A stretch of 55,708 nt of DNA, filler included, from Trypethelium eluteriae (Eukaryota), in assembly GCA_051942245.1 (NCBI GenBank). It is 2 parts of 2 records of this genome, joined end to end, with 100 filler letters (N's around TTAATTAATTAA, not from the genome) between each part and the next. Parts side by side here need not be neighbours in the genome. Positions count along the whole stretch, not along the records: positions 27,910 to 55,708 come from JAVECL010000323.1; 1 more part is not named here. One strand, given 5' to 3'. Position 1 is the first letter of the stretch; each line of letters begins with the position of its first letter. The notes below the pieces were generated by a model that did not search any database, was not told the origin of the DNA, and worked only from the letters and a program-made list of their open reading frames with translations. Positions 39,510 through 50,799 of the stretch are shown here, piece by piece. A program made the position numbers and the translations under genes.

Positions 39510-39689
39510 CCTTACGGCGGCTGGGGGTTTCCTCAACTGGTAATTAATACAATGTTACCTCAGTTTAACGTTATAACCATGTTGACCCATGTTAAGGCGG
39601 TGTTAACATGGACCAACAAGGTCATAACAGTAAAGTCGAAATAACATTGTATTAATTACCAGTTGAGGAACCCCCCAGCCGCCGTAAGG
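39510..39689. mobile_element. MITE copy A (180 bp, 48-bp TIRs, TA at both ends; Tc1/mariner-pogo type)
   Basis: Left TIR CCTTACGGCGGCTGGGGGTTTCCTCAACTGGTAATTAATACAATGTTA matches the reverse complement of the right end at 47/48. TA at 39508-39509 and 39690-39691; no coding capacity; second copy at 42160. Confidence 0.88.
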
Positions 39690-40306
39690 TACTTTATGAC
39701 GTCAAACGTCGCGGGCCATCCGCCTCAAGTGTCCCCAACGACACAGATGACAGACTCAAAGGCAACGGAATTGTCAAAATTTGCCGCATCCACTGCATCA
39801 GAATACGGACCGATCAAAGACTCTATCATTTCAGGTTTCGCCAGTGCCTTGCCTCTTGTCGAAAACAGATGTCAATATAGTACTCTATGCCTTTGCTCTG
39901 TTGCAAGACGAGTTACCGGTTCCGAAAGCCTCTGCTTGACCTTTCATGAAATACTTGGATGCCGGTCTCGAAGACAGCTGATACTCGAGTTTCAGGACTC
40001 CATCAAATATGATAGCAGATTGTTTGGGCTTCGAAGGGGACAGCGGTAAAGTGGATGATCACACATAGGGTACTCGTCCAGGTCTTCGGAAATCTATATC
40101 ATTTGATACGTTGACCATCAATGACCAGCGGAAATGGACTGAATAGCGTCAAGGCTAGATGCAGCTAGATTGTAAGTTTGGAGGTGACAGGTGTTGCCGG
40201 AGAAGTCCGCCGCGTCTCCAAGAGTCTCCAAGCAATCTACAAAAATACCCTCTCATCTTGCGGATACAAGTGCCTCCGTTATTGAATTCGTTGATCGAAC
40301 TCAAAC

Positions 40307-42105
40307 ATGCTTTTCTTAGCTTTTTTCTTTCTTTTGGGCGCATGCAGTGCCACAGAATTCTCGCATCGAGTACAAAAAAGATCATTCGCTCCATATTACG
40401 ACGCCGGCGAGAACCTAGTGCCAGACCATTATATTGTCCGCCTTACTCAGGGCTATACACTCCAACAACATTACGGATTCTGTGGAGTTAATCTGTCTCA
40501 AACGTGTCCCGACTTTAAGGCATTTCCGAGTTTGAGGAGGTACAAGGTTTTTAACGTGTATCGAGTTTAGAGTACTCACTAATTCGAGAAACATAGTTAC
40601 CGTGCGCAGCTAGATAACAACACTCTGCATGTAGTTCGTACCGATCCTGGGGTTGAATATATCGAACACGAGTTTTACATCAGCGAAACAGACTCTACGA
40701 ACGATAAAGATGACGAGACATACTCTAGCCATAGTCCCGTACCCCACACCAAGCGCAGAAACGATGATGTCATCAGAGAAGCTCATTGGCAGGTTCTTAT
40801 GAGCACGACTCCACGAAAATTGGATAATATAGACATTGGAGCTACAAGTCGTGTGAAAACAGTGAGGAATCCAGGTCGAGGGGTACGGGCATACATTTTT
40901 GACACAGGTGATGGGTGATCCCCTAAGAAACTCGTACATATGGGTGCTAACATTTATAGCAGGTGTTAGAACTTCACATGGAAGTTTTGATGTACCAAGA
41001 CCTTTATCCGGATGTCTTATCTATCCAGCTTTTTGACAAGTTCGACTAGGGTCGCGCAGCAATCTTTGCGAATCGGAACAACCCATACTGCCCAGGCAAC
41101 GAGGGTATTAGTGATACAAGAGGTCATGGCACAAGTGTAAGTTGCACTTCTTAGCATCATAAACACAATACTGATCAATATTAGGTTGCAAGTGTACTCG
41201 CCAGTGGCGGTGGCGTTAGTATGTCATTGGCCAATATTCTCAGTGTGAAAGTAAATTGTAGAGTACCTTCTCCCGCCTTTCTTATGGTGCAGGCATTCGT
41301 AGATGTTATAGCTGAACATGAAGCCCTTGTTAACCAGCGACCCGATTGGTTCAAAGGCTCAATAATTGTTCTAGCTTTGGGCACAGGCTCCCCGTTGTCA
41401 CCAATACTAAGAGATGCGGTAGAGGCAGCGAATAACGCGGGTATTACCGTAGTAGCTGCGGCTGGTAACAAGTAGGTCTACCCTTACTGTTCACTTTCTG
41501 AAACTAATATAATGATAGTCGAATGAGGGTATCAGACAGACCAGGATTGTTTTGCGGCTTGAATACCACGATATGTGTTGCCTCCTGTGACTCGAGCTAC
41601 ACACTATCCGAGTTCTCAAACTTCGGTGATGATGTTGACATTATAGCACCGGGCGAAAGAATTATCCGTGCAAGTCATATAAGCGATATCGATTACACAC
41701 TCGTAGGTAGTGGTAAGTTACGATGTTACCTTTTGGGTATGTGGATAGCTTATGAACTAAGGCACATCACTCTCGGCTCCCCTCGTTGCAAGCGTACTTT
41801 CGAACTTCATTGGATACGAAGGTCTCATAACAGACACGAGCGTGATCCGTCAGCGTTTGTTTGACAATGCTCTTGAAGGCATCATTGACGGAATTGATAG
41901 AAGGACCGGGACTCCGAATCGGTTGGCCAATATCCCTACTAACAGTTGGCGTTACCGCAATAGGCTCGGTGGACTTCCTTACGTTGGTGCGCCCAGAAAT
42001 AGGCGAATCTTTGCGGGATGTCTACAGCCGCGCACGTCTACAAAGGCCAATTTTACCCGTCCGGCCCCGTACAACCAGTCAAGGGAGGTAGACTGTGGGG
42101 CCTAG
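40307..42105 (+). CDS. Secreted subtilisin-like serine protease (S8, proteinase K-like) with I9-type prodomain; 7 exons
   Basis: Signal peptide MLFLAFFFLLGACSA; prodomain VPDHYIV..RTDPGVEYIE; triad FDTG, GHGTS, GTSLSAP; oxyanion AAAGN. Introns 40540-40596, 40908-40962, 40992-41049, 41137-41184, 41472-41518 and 41713-41761 give an uninterrupted frame. Confidence 0.9.
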
Positions 42106-42159
42106 AGTTGTACAAAATTGTTGTCATCTAAGAGGCTCATTCTATGGACTTTGAAAGTA

Positions 42160-42340
42160 CCTTACGGCGGCCGGGAGGTTCCTCAACAGGTAATCAATAC
42201 AATGTTATTTCGAATTCACTGTTAAGACCTTGTTGGTCCATGTTAACACCGCCTTAACATGGGCCAACATGATCATAACAGTTGAACTAAGGTAACATTG
42301 TATTGATTACCTGTTGAGGAACCCCCCAGCCGCCGTAAGG
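42160..42340. mobile_element. MITE copy B (181 bp), inverted relative to copy A
   Basis: TIRs match at 46/48. TA at 42158-42159 and 42341-42342. The interior is the reverse complement of the copy A interior (e.g. CCTTGTTGGTCCATGTTAACACCGCCTTAACATGGG). Confidence 0.88.
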
Positions 42341-44519
42341 TAGTTGCCTTGAGGTAGAATCTCAGCATTGAATTCGCTTCTTCGCACTCACGGTAGGAGT
42401 TCTACGACTTGATATAGCTTGGAATTAGAGGACCCATTTTGGGGTTCAATTTTTATGGGTTGCAGTCCTAACTTATAGTGTGAAGCCTTCGCTTCCTGGA
42501 ACCATGTCTTAGTCTCTCTCACGTGTGGTAGGCGAATTTTTTGAGATAGAAAGTTGGCGATTGTCGTTGTTAACCAAGAGATCGGGGCATCTGGAATCTC
42601 CGACTTCATTGTCATCTGCGAGATACAATGCTTTGGTGACGAAGACGGGATTGATGGCATCGGCTTTCCACTGGAAAATTCAATGCCTAACACGTGGACC
42701 TCGATGTGGCCATTTGCGAAGAGACTTGCGGTGGGCGAGATCTACAAGCATTCTCGGAGGAATTGATAGTCTTTGGACTGCCCTACATGGGAGAGTTTAG
42801 TCTTCGTGCACCTATTGAGACCGACCGTTCGACTCTGTCTGCGTGGCTCATTGACAGACTCTCCCTTGGCGCTTCTAATATCGATTGAATTAGAAATTGT
42901 AAGTGGACCGGACCGTGCGTCCAGGTCAGAATCGGGGTTATTTGTGGTAACTGCTATACGTCACCTTTGAGCGCGTCATCAGACGCGAATGAAGCAAGCA
43001 GGATGCGATCGTGATCCAGGCGGTATCTGAGGAAAAATTTTGCATCAAAATGAAGGCATTTCGCGGCTAGTGGAAGTTTCTTCGAGAAGGCGATTGATTC
43101 GATCGATTGTTTTAATGCGAATCGCCGACAGAGCCTCATGTCGATCCGCTAGTCCTGAAACCGTCTTTTTTGGGGTCATTTCCTGATGATTGTCCCCGCG
43201 TGCTCGGGGAGCCTCATCCGTGCAGCGCGTATCTCATACGTCGCTTAGAAAAGCGCCTGTGGCATGTATGGACTGTTGATATTATTAGCTCTCTCTCATT
43301 AAATATAGCGCCGAGGGGATGAGTACGCGGTCTCCATCAGGCGCCTGTACAAGGTTCGGAACTGTAGGCATGACCGGTTGAACCCGTTGCCGGGAATTCA
43401 GCTTGACAAGGCTCATCTACAAGCGCTGCGAAGCTGAGGAGCATCAATCTTGAGGTCTCGTTTCTTTCTTAACTGTTTATACCACCACGACCTGAACGCG
43501 TTCATCGCGCGTTGGTGTTTATATCCAAGGTGACTCATTGTCAAAGTTCCCACCCAGTTTCGACCATAGACGATGAGCGAGGCTCGCTCCCAATCGACGT
43601 GGTGGGAGAAGTATGACTCTTCGGTGCAATGCAGGCTAAGATACCTGCTGCATGTACCGGCATAAACATGGGGCCAATCAGCGGGGCAGAGCGCGTCGCC
43701 AGGTGGAAGCGCCCACGTCGATCCAACCACGACCCGCCCACGACTTCTGCATCTCCCCCACATCGACTACGCGCTGAAACTATCGCCTTGCCCGGCGACA
43801 CTGCCTCCAAAATACTTCAGCGCCATGGCAGACTCGGCGGTTGCTGAGATGAAACGGGCCGGGCCCGGGTACAAGCGTCTCGCTGCAGAGCGCTTCCACC
43901 GGTCTACCCCTCCATGCCATCCTCCTCTTCCTCTCTCAGCCGGAGGTTCGCTCTCATGGACGGATCCGTCGTGAGCAACCCTGCCACCCGGCCCAAACAC
44001 CAGCCGGGCTGGCCCTAGACCCATGAAACGTTTCCCCAGATGTTTCGTCGTTCTCGACGCTCCGCCGGGCGTCTACCAACTGCCCCAAAATGGCCCTCTT
44101 GAGGGCCAAGGTGACCTCATTCTGTACCTGTTTACCCTTGTTTCAAGATGGGCTTCGCTAAATTGGGCGCTTGCATGTCGACCGGGCTTGTTTGGCTACA
44201 ATTGACCTTCTCTTCCCAACCATAAGTATCTCTTGCTCCGCCTCACTTCACCCTCAGGTGTTCCTTGGGCTCTCAGCGCATCTTTCCCTCAGTCTCTCCA
44301 TTCTTTGGCGGTTCCTTTCTGTTCCGATCTTCTCTCAGCTTGGCGCAGACTCTCGGAGCTGGACTCCCGTTCCTAATCCATCATCCTAATCCATCGCCAC
44401 TGTCTAATTGAATTACTGATACCCAATCGACTTTGCATTTTATAGTGTTCCCCCCGGCGCAGACGATCTTTCTCCTATCTCTCTCTATCTCTATCCAAAA
44501 GCCAATCTCTTTTAGAGTC

Positions 44520-46502
44520 ATGTATCATAGACAAAATACCCCCCCTGGTACTATTGCGCAGGACGTATTCCAACCAGGCAGCGCGACGAGTGTTCACAGC
44601 AGGACTGCTTCTGATGGTTCTTTCATGTCACAAGATATTTCTCCTGTCTCAGTCCAGACGCACTTGACTACCCCAGAGAGGTCACCTATCCGACTATATG
44701 GGCCCATGCTATTGCCCAAACCAAGGGCAGAGCGAGAACTCGAACCCAAGGCCGGCCCCATTCGAAGTCACAGGAGGACCATTTCTACTTCAAGCAATCA
44801 CGGACATGGCTGGGCTCCATATTCTCAGCGACCAAGTCTGGATCGACGTGGGACGAGCCCATCACAGCAGTCAACCTTAATGTCGTCATCCTCAGCGGCA
44901 ACTTCTCCAATTGAGGCACCCATCAACTCAGCACTCAACTCTCCTTTGAGCTTCTCTGGGCAAGCAAGGCGTCCATCCCTTGGTCCCCATTCGCGTTCCA
45001 CTTCCGCAACTAACGTTCACCCCCATTCCCGTTCTGGTTCGACCTCAAGTATTGACGAGGAAACGCTCTCCCGTTTCGGGTTTCCGACATATCGACCCAG
45101 CTATCTGTCTGGCGGTAGCAACGGTCCATCAGCTCATGCGCTCAGTCACCTGACCCCCTTGACGAGCTCAGCTCAACCAAGTATCCCTGCACCAACTGCA
45201 TTGAGCCACCTGAATCCACTGTCAAGCTCCGCTCTCAATATTGCACAGCCGCAGTATGATTCGAGTCGCAGTCGCTCTGTTAGCCGTTCTGTCACTCCTC
45301 AACCTCCGATTGCGGAGTGTCCCATGGCCATGGACATGAATTTTGATGCCACGGCGCCGACCACCACACTTTTAGATTACCTCACAGCACCTAATCCTGC
45401 CCCTGCGCTTGTTTCTCGCATTTACGACTCGTCGCTTCGACCACAGCATTTCTGGTGGGATATCCGCAATGTCCGCCCTTGGGACGACTTTAATGTCAGT
45501 ACCATGTGTGGAATTCCGTCTCTGCTTCCACTTCTAAACGCTGCCGTCTCCTCCGAGATGCTCCCGCCATCCAAGCGCTTCTACGGCCACCCTACCCCAG
45601 AAACTGAAACTCATCTTCAAGACATCTGGCGCGAACACCACGCACACATTGTCAATGCTGCTCTTGGTGTCGCGCTAGGTGAACACCACATCCGCATGCG
45701 CAGCCAAAAGATCGCCTCCAACCCAGAATTCATATCCAACTACGCCCAAGACTCCGACTTCCAAGGCAGCCAAACCATCCTCCTCGGCGGCAACGAGCTC
45801 CCCACCTCCCGCCGCGGCTGCGTCGTCGGCCTCGTCAAAGCCTACAACCGCTGGAACAGCAACATGCGCACCGAGACGCCCAACCGGCAGGTCGAGTACC
45901 TCAAGGGCCTCGCGCACCTGCACCGCTTCATGCGCGAGCACGGCACCCGCTACGGCTTCCTCATGACCGAGGTCGAGCTCGTCTGCGTGCGCTACGGCGG
46001 CGACCGCGACGCCCGCAACGCCTTCGAGCAGGAGCGCGGCGTCGTCGGCGGTGGCGAGGACACCCCTTTGTTTGGCTACCTCGAGGTCGCGAGGCCAATC
46101 CAGATGAGCACCGCCGGGCGCATCCCTCGGCATCGGCCCGCCAATGCGCAGTTCAATCCGCCGCCTCCGGCGCCGCTGGACCCGTTCAGTGAGAACACTG
46201 CGCCTGGCGTGGTAGGAGCGAACGTGTCGAATGGTGAGGATATCCAGATGACGGCGTCGCTTGCGCTGTGGTATCTCCATATGCTTGCAAAAGAGGCGCC
46301 ACTGCAGGGCCAGCTGGGTTGGAAGCTGGATATCGGGACGCCGCAGGCGTTGACGCGCCAAATGTGTCTGGAGAAGGACAAGTGGATTCCCACGCCGCAG
46401 AAGTCGGAGATGCGTGAGGCGAGCCGGAATCGTGGGTGGGTGATGCCGACAGAGCCGTTATGTCGACAGGAAAGAGCTGCGGCGAAGGGCAGGAGGAGGT
46501 AG
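44520..46502 (+). CDS. Conserved Pezizomycotina hypothetical protein (Ser/Pro-rich N-terminus, folded C-terminal domain)
   Basis: 660-codon intronless ORF with strong codon bias. Conserved-looking blocks HFWWDIRNVRPWDDF, VVGLVK..RWN, GLAHLHRFMREHGTRYGFLMTEVELVCVR and ALWYLHMLA. Confidence 0.85.
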   Translation: MYHRQNTPPGTIAQDVFQPGSATSVHSRTASDGSFMSQDISPVSVQTHLTTPERSPIRLYGPMLLPKPRAERELEPKAGPIRSHRRTISTSSNHGHGWAPYSQRPSLDRRGTSPSQQSTLMSSSSAATSPIEAPINSALNSPLSFSGQARRPSLGPHSRSTSATNVHPHSRSGSTSSIDEETLSRFGFPTYRPSYLSGGSNGPSAHALSHLTPLTSSAQPSIPAPTALSHLNPLSSSALNIAQPQYDSSRSRSVSRSVTPQPPIAECPMAMDMNFDATAPTTTLLDYLTAPNPAPALVSRIYDSSLRPQHFWWDIRNVRPWDDFNVSTMCGIPSLLPLLNAAVSSEMLPPSKRFYGHPTPETETHLQDIWREHHAHIVNAALGVALGEHHIRMRSQKIASNPEFISNYAQDSDFQGSQTILLGGNELPTSRRGCVVGLVKAYNRWNSNMRTETPNRQVEYLKGLAHLHRFMREHGTRYGFLMTEVELVCVRYGGDRDARNAFEQERGVVGGGEDTPLFGYLEVARPIQMSTAGRIPRHRPANAQFNPPPPAPLDPFSENTAPGVVGANVSNGEDIQMTASLALWYLHMLAKEAPLQGQLGWKLDIGTPQALTRQMCLEKDKWIPTPQKSEMREASRNRGWVMPTEPLCRQERAAAKGRRR

Positions 46503-49020
46503 ACGAAGTGGCTGCTGGATCAGCTACTTGGTTTGTAGCTGTGATACGATTCGCTTCGTGAGAATATCTGGTTCTCTTTTCTTTCTCTTTTCTTTTGCTT
46601 CCTTAGGGTTCACGAGGGGGCTTAATTAGCATTTCCTGGTGTTGAAATACTTGCCAGTGCATGGAATAGGCGTTTCCATCTAATCTGATTTGTTATTTCA
46701 CCTGTTCAATCAACATCACATCAAGAACTCTCGTAATCTCTCTCGTAACACGTCATGTTTATTGTTCAATCTGCCAATTGCCGGTCAATGGATTCAGGAT
46801 CTTGCATTAAGAAGCGTTATCATGACCGGCTTAGCCTGAGCACCTGGGACGATGCGAAAGTCAAAGACGCTAGCCGGAAATAAAGTGCGATCTCTCGACG
46901 CCATACCCATGATGTTTCAATTAATAAGTTGATAATGAGAGACTTCAAATGTAAGACTAAGGTCATGTCAAACTCAACGGGCACAATCGGGGTTCTATTT
47001 AAGCGGCTTTCGGTTTTATTCGGCCAATAAAATATCGCTAACTTATTACATGGAAAAGTCCATTCGCTGTGGAAGAACATCCAGATGTGACCTATCTTCA
47101 AGAATGGATGCGGGTCATGGGAAGGGGCATGATCATTGTAATACATAGAGAAAGCGCAACTTCTGTGAGCAGCTTCTTGTAGTTTTTTACTGTGCTAGGA
47201 ATGTTAACAAAGTCCTCTCTTGGTAACTTTCACTCTCGCCCATTCCTACTCTCGTACACTTTGACATGTTACCTAATAGTCCCAACTCCTCCACCTTTCT
47301 ACATTTCTCACGCTCCTCCAACAAATTCATAATCATCCTACCTTATGAATAAGATATATCATCTGACGTCCAATTCCGCGCATCGGCGCCCTCCGCTAGC
47401 CCCCACCGCACTTCGCACCCCTCCGGCAACGCCCTAATATTTCGCTCCCGCCGCCTCCCGCCGCCTAACATCTAATACAGATCCGATCTACATTAGCCAC
47501 TCCGCGCTTCGGAAACTGAAGCGCCACCATGGCACAGTACATAACTAAATGCATTACTCTTTCCCCGCACTCGTTGGCCGTGCTCCCTTGTCGAGACTGG
47601 TATGCAAGAATCGCAGCTGCGAAGGCGCTGCATTGCGCGTGCAGGCGCTCCGTCCAGGTGTACTGTGGGCTTTGAGGCCAGCGGTGCGGCTTCGCGATCA
47701 GGTTGTGGTCGTGGAAGATCGAGGGGTTGGTGTGTAGAGTGAGGCGGTGGAGGCAGTCGACACCTCAGCGGCCGGTGAGACAGGGGAGTCGGATGACAAA
47801 TTGGATGAGTTTGTGCCGAATAAGCAAGTCGCTTCAGCCAAGGGAGGAGAAGAAGAAGAAGCTGTGACTGCTGTTGAGCGTAAGGGGAATCGAGCGCATG
47901 ACTAGGAGAGTTAATAGAAAGGCAGACAAGATTGTAGATGACCTTGCGGAGTTTGAAAAATAGATCAAGAAAATTTATTTCACCTTACTTGACTAGAGTG
48001 ATGGAATGCCAAAGGATGTATCACCCACTGGTAGAGTTCGCCTCATTATGTGGGCACTACTAGAATACTGGCATTGAATTTGGAATGAGAGGACGGGAGT
48101 ATGTGTAAGTGTACCTCGCTTTTTATGATTGAGGCGCTCCACGTCTGAGCTTTGTCAAATGAAAGGTACCGACAGAATAGTTGTCAAACTCTTCTCAACA
48201 CGGCACGCTCAGCATAGAGTACCTGATCAGACCTTCTTTGAAGTGCCACAAGAGCTGCGGAGACCTGGACAATGAAGATAGAGTCCCTCGAAGCTACTGT
48301 ACATTTCTTAGCATTCGTGCAGACAGATTTGCTTTTTTAGCAGAAGACTGCAGCCACATGTTTGTATTGTTTTTTTGCATGCCCTAAATCGTGGTTAGAG
48401 ACGCGGCAGAGATGGCTGACTGTCAGAGAAGAAAGAATCTTTTTTAGAGCTCTTGAACTGCCGACAAGATTACATGAGAAGAGCTCCTCGGCCCGGGTAT
48501 CAGCCGAGACGTGGACAGAAACAATCACCGGGCGGCCAGGATGCTCCTAGGACCGTCTCCTTTTCGTCCAATGCCCTTGCGACACCTTCAAGCCCGATCA
48601 GCTGAGCACGAGGGCAAATCGTACGATAAACTAAGTGTTTATCCTCTGCAGCATCTCGCGTAGGCGCGTTCCTGACCCTCGCTCGATTCTATAGGATGCC
48701 TGGCCACTCCCTGACAGGACAAAATTGAAGATGGCGCACAAGCAGATGCACTCGGGCGATCCACGTGCCCTTTCGTCCTTGGTCCAGGATGATGCCCAAT
48801 CTATTAGGCAGGATGGCTGTTTGCGCTGGTCTCAAGTGTGAGTTGTAAGCTTCTGATCCATGGATGCTCCTTGCCCGTTCAATCTTACTGGTTTGGGAGA
48901 ATCGATTATATTTATTCCGAACCTGCATATATCAATCCCCTTGCTATGGCAATTTCTTGCTTTCTATGATTCCCATCTCTTGATTTTCAGCCCTATTGCA
49001 CATCGCAGGAGACGAAAAGC

Positions 49021-50007
49021 ATGATTACAGAATGTCCAACGCTCCCGGTTTCGGTGATGGAAAATGTGACGAGTTCCGTTGAGTATTGGATACCGTCAAA
49101 GACCGCTGTACCGCAGGTACGTAATCGTAATTTTAGTTATTATGCTATGCTCATCATGCAACGAAGTCAACCAAACTAGGGAGGCTGTATTGGCACGATA
49201 TCAGATTGCTATCTGACAGCCCATTTTCAGCCAGAAAGGTATGTCATTTCCCAGGTACGACCATCTTGCACTAATAAAGCCCAGGTGATCATTCCTAGCG
49301 GACCTCATCGTGGCCGTCAAGCTATCATAATTGAGCCCGAGGAAGTAGAAGAACAGAAAGTTGCGGCCAAACGTCATGGTCGTTTCGAGTTCTTGAAGCT
49401 CCCAACCGAACTTCGCCTCAAGATTTATCAGATGCTGTACGAAGACAGCGATACCATCGTACTGCGCTCCGAGCAACCTCCGACATTCTCCATCATTCCA
49501 TCGCGCTTTTTCTCTCGGACGAACCTTGCAATCGCCGCTGTGTGCCGCCAGGTTCGATTTGAAGTCCTCCCGATCATCTATGGCGAACGGACTTTTCAGA
49601 TCGACAGTCCTCATGTCCCTGACCTCGTGGTTGACCAGTTTCTTGCCCATATCGGAGATTTGCGCAAGCATCTCCGCTTCCTAAAGGTTGGGAGATATGC
49701 GAACAGTCATTGGTCACGGCCGGATATGTTCAATCGTTTCTTGGCATGCCCTAACCTTCGGCACATACACTTTCACGTACATGCTATCTGTAAAACACCG
49801 GAAGAATACGCTCAATTCTTCTACAAGAGCGCCAGGCTTTGGCTGAACGTTGTGAGCTCACGCGGCGGAAAGGAGTATTCGGCGTTGGACATGGTATCCT
49901 TCAGCAACTTGCCGGACTGCTGGCCTGGCGGCGATTGGAATGACAATGGCGGGAGTAGGCTGAGAGCCATTATCCGAGTTGTGATGGACGAGGAGTCCTT
50001 CCGGTGA
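49021..50007 (+). CDS. F-box-like (F..LP.E.R..IY) fungal protein; 5' exons uncertain
   Basis: FEFLKLPTELRLKIYQML and LAIAAVCRQVRFEVLPIIYG; GT-AG introns near 49117-49179 and 49239-49284. Exon phase not fully resolved. Confidence 0.65.
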
Positions 50008-50799
50008 AGATGGTTCACATCGGCAATACACTCAATGTGGACAAGCTCATCCTTCGTCTATGTGTACAGATCAGCGGGTATTTAATTAGACATGCTTCAA
50101 GGTATTTTGCCCTTTTATAGAGTCAAAGAGAGACAACGCTCAAGGAACTCACTCACAACATCATCACGACGAGTCGGAAGCTGCCAGCAGCCCATGTGAT
50201 GGCTCCGATTTGCAGCCAATTCTAAGGGCTCCGACCGGCTTTCCGCTGGAGGACGATGTACCTCTGCATGGCGTCTACGGGCAAAGGCTGACGAAGATTG
50301 AACACTTCTGAATTCACGAGTGCAAACAATTCGACTTCATTCACCTGATGGCTATCTCCACTTCAGGTTCATTTCAACTCCTTTTAGCTTAGGTATTCTC
50401 CTCCTCATGCGCCAGCAAATTTTTCAGGTGTGATGGACCTTCTTGGGGATGCCTGTGAATGGTGAGCAAGTGTAGAATTGTGAGCGAGGGTGAACGCGTT
50501 GGTGTGACTTGGAGATGTTCACTCTTCTATTACCTCCCTCACAATGTCGGCAAAGCACACGGAGCTTGTGATTTCGCTCGGGTTCGGGTCTTATAATGCT
50601 GAGATAGAAGGCTCAGGAAAAACTCTACCCGTTCTTATTCAATAATCCTACGAAGCTCCTCTCTGTTTTGATATAGGTGGAATTTGTTGCTGGACCCCAA
50701 GAACGTGCAGAGGTCACAGAAATTGGTCACCTTGACCAGCGTCAACAATCCTCATCTCGCCCCACTGGTGTCATTTGTTCTTACAAATCGTATCTCGCC

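Noticed and set aside
39444..40049. ORFs 39444-39644 and 39663-40049 as a transposase
   Set aside because: Short, non-ATG starts, overlap the MITE, and show no DDE or HTH motifs.
42388..43139. Possible spliced minus-strand gene right of MITE B
   Set aside because: Splice signals are plausible, but there is no recognisable domain and the frame could not be validated.
47350..47906. Possible decayed gene (LKRHHGTVH, acidic tail)
   Set aside because: Several stops and too little similarity to call.
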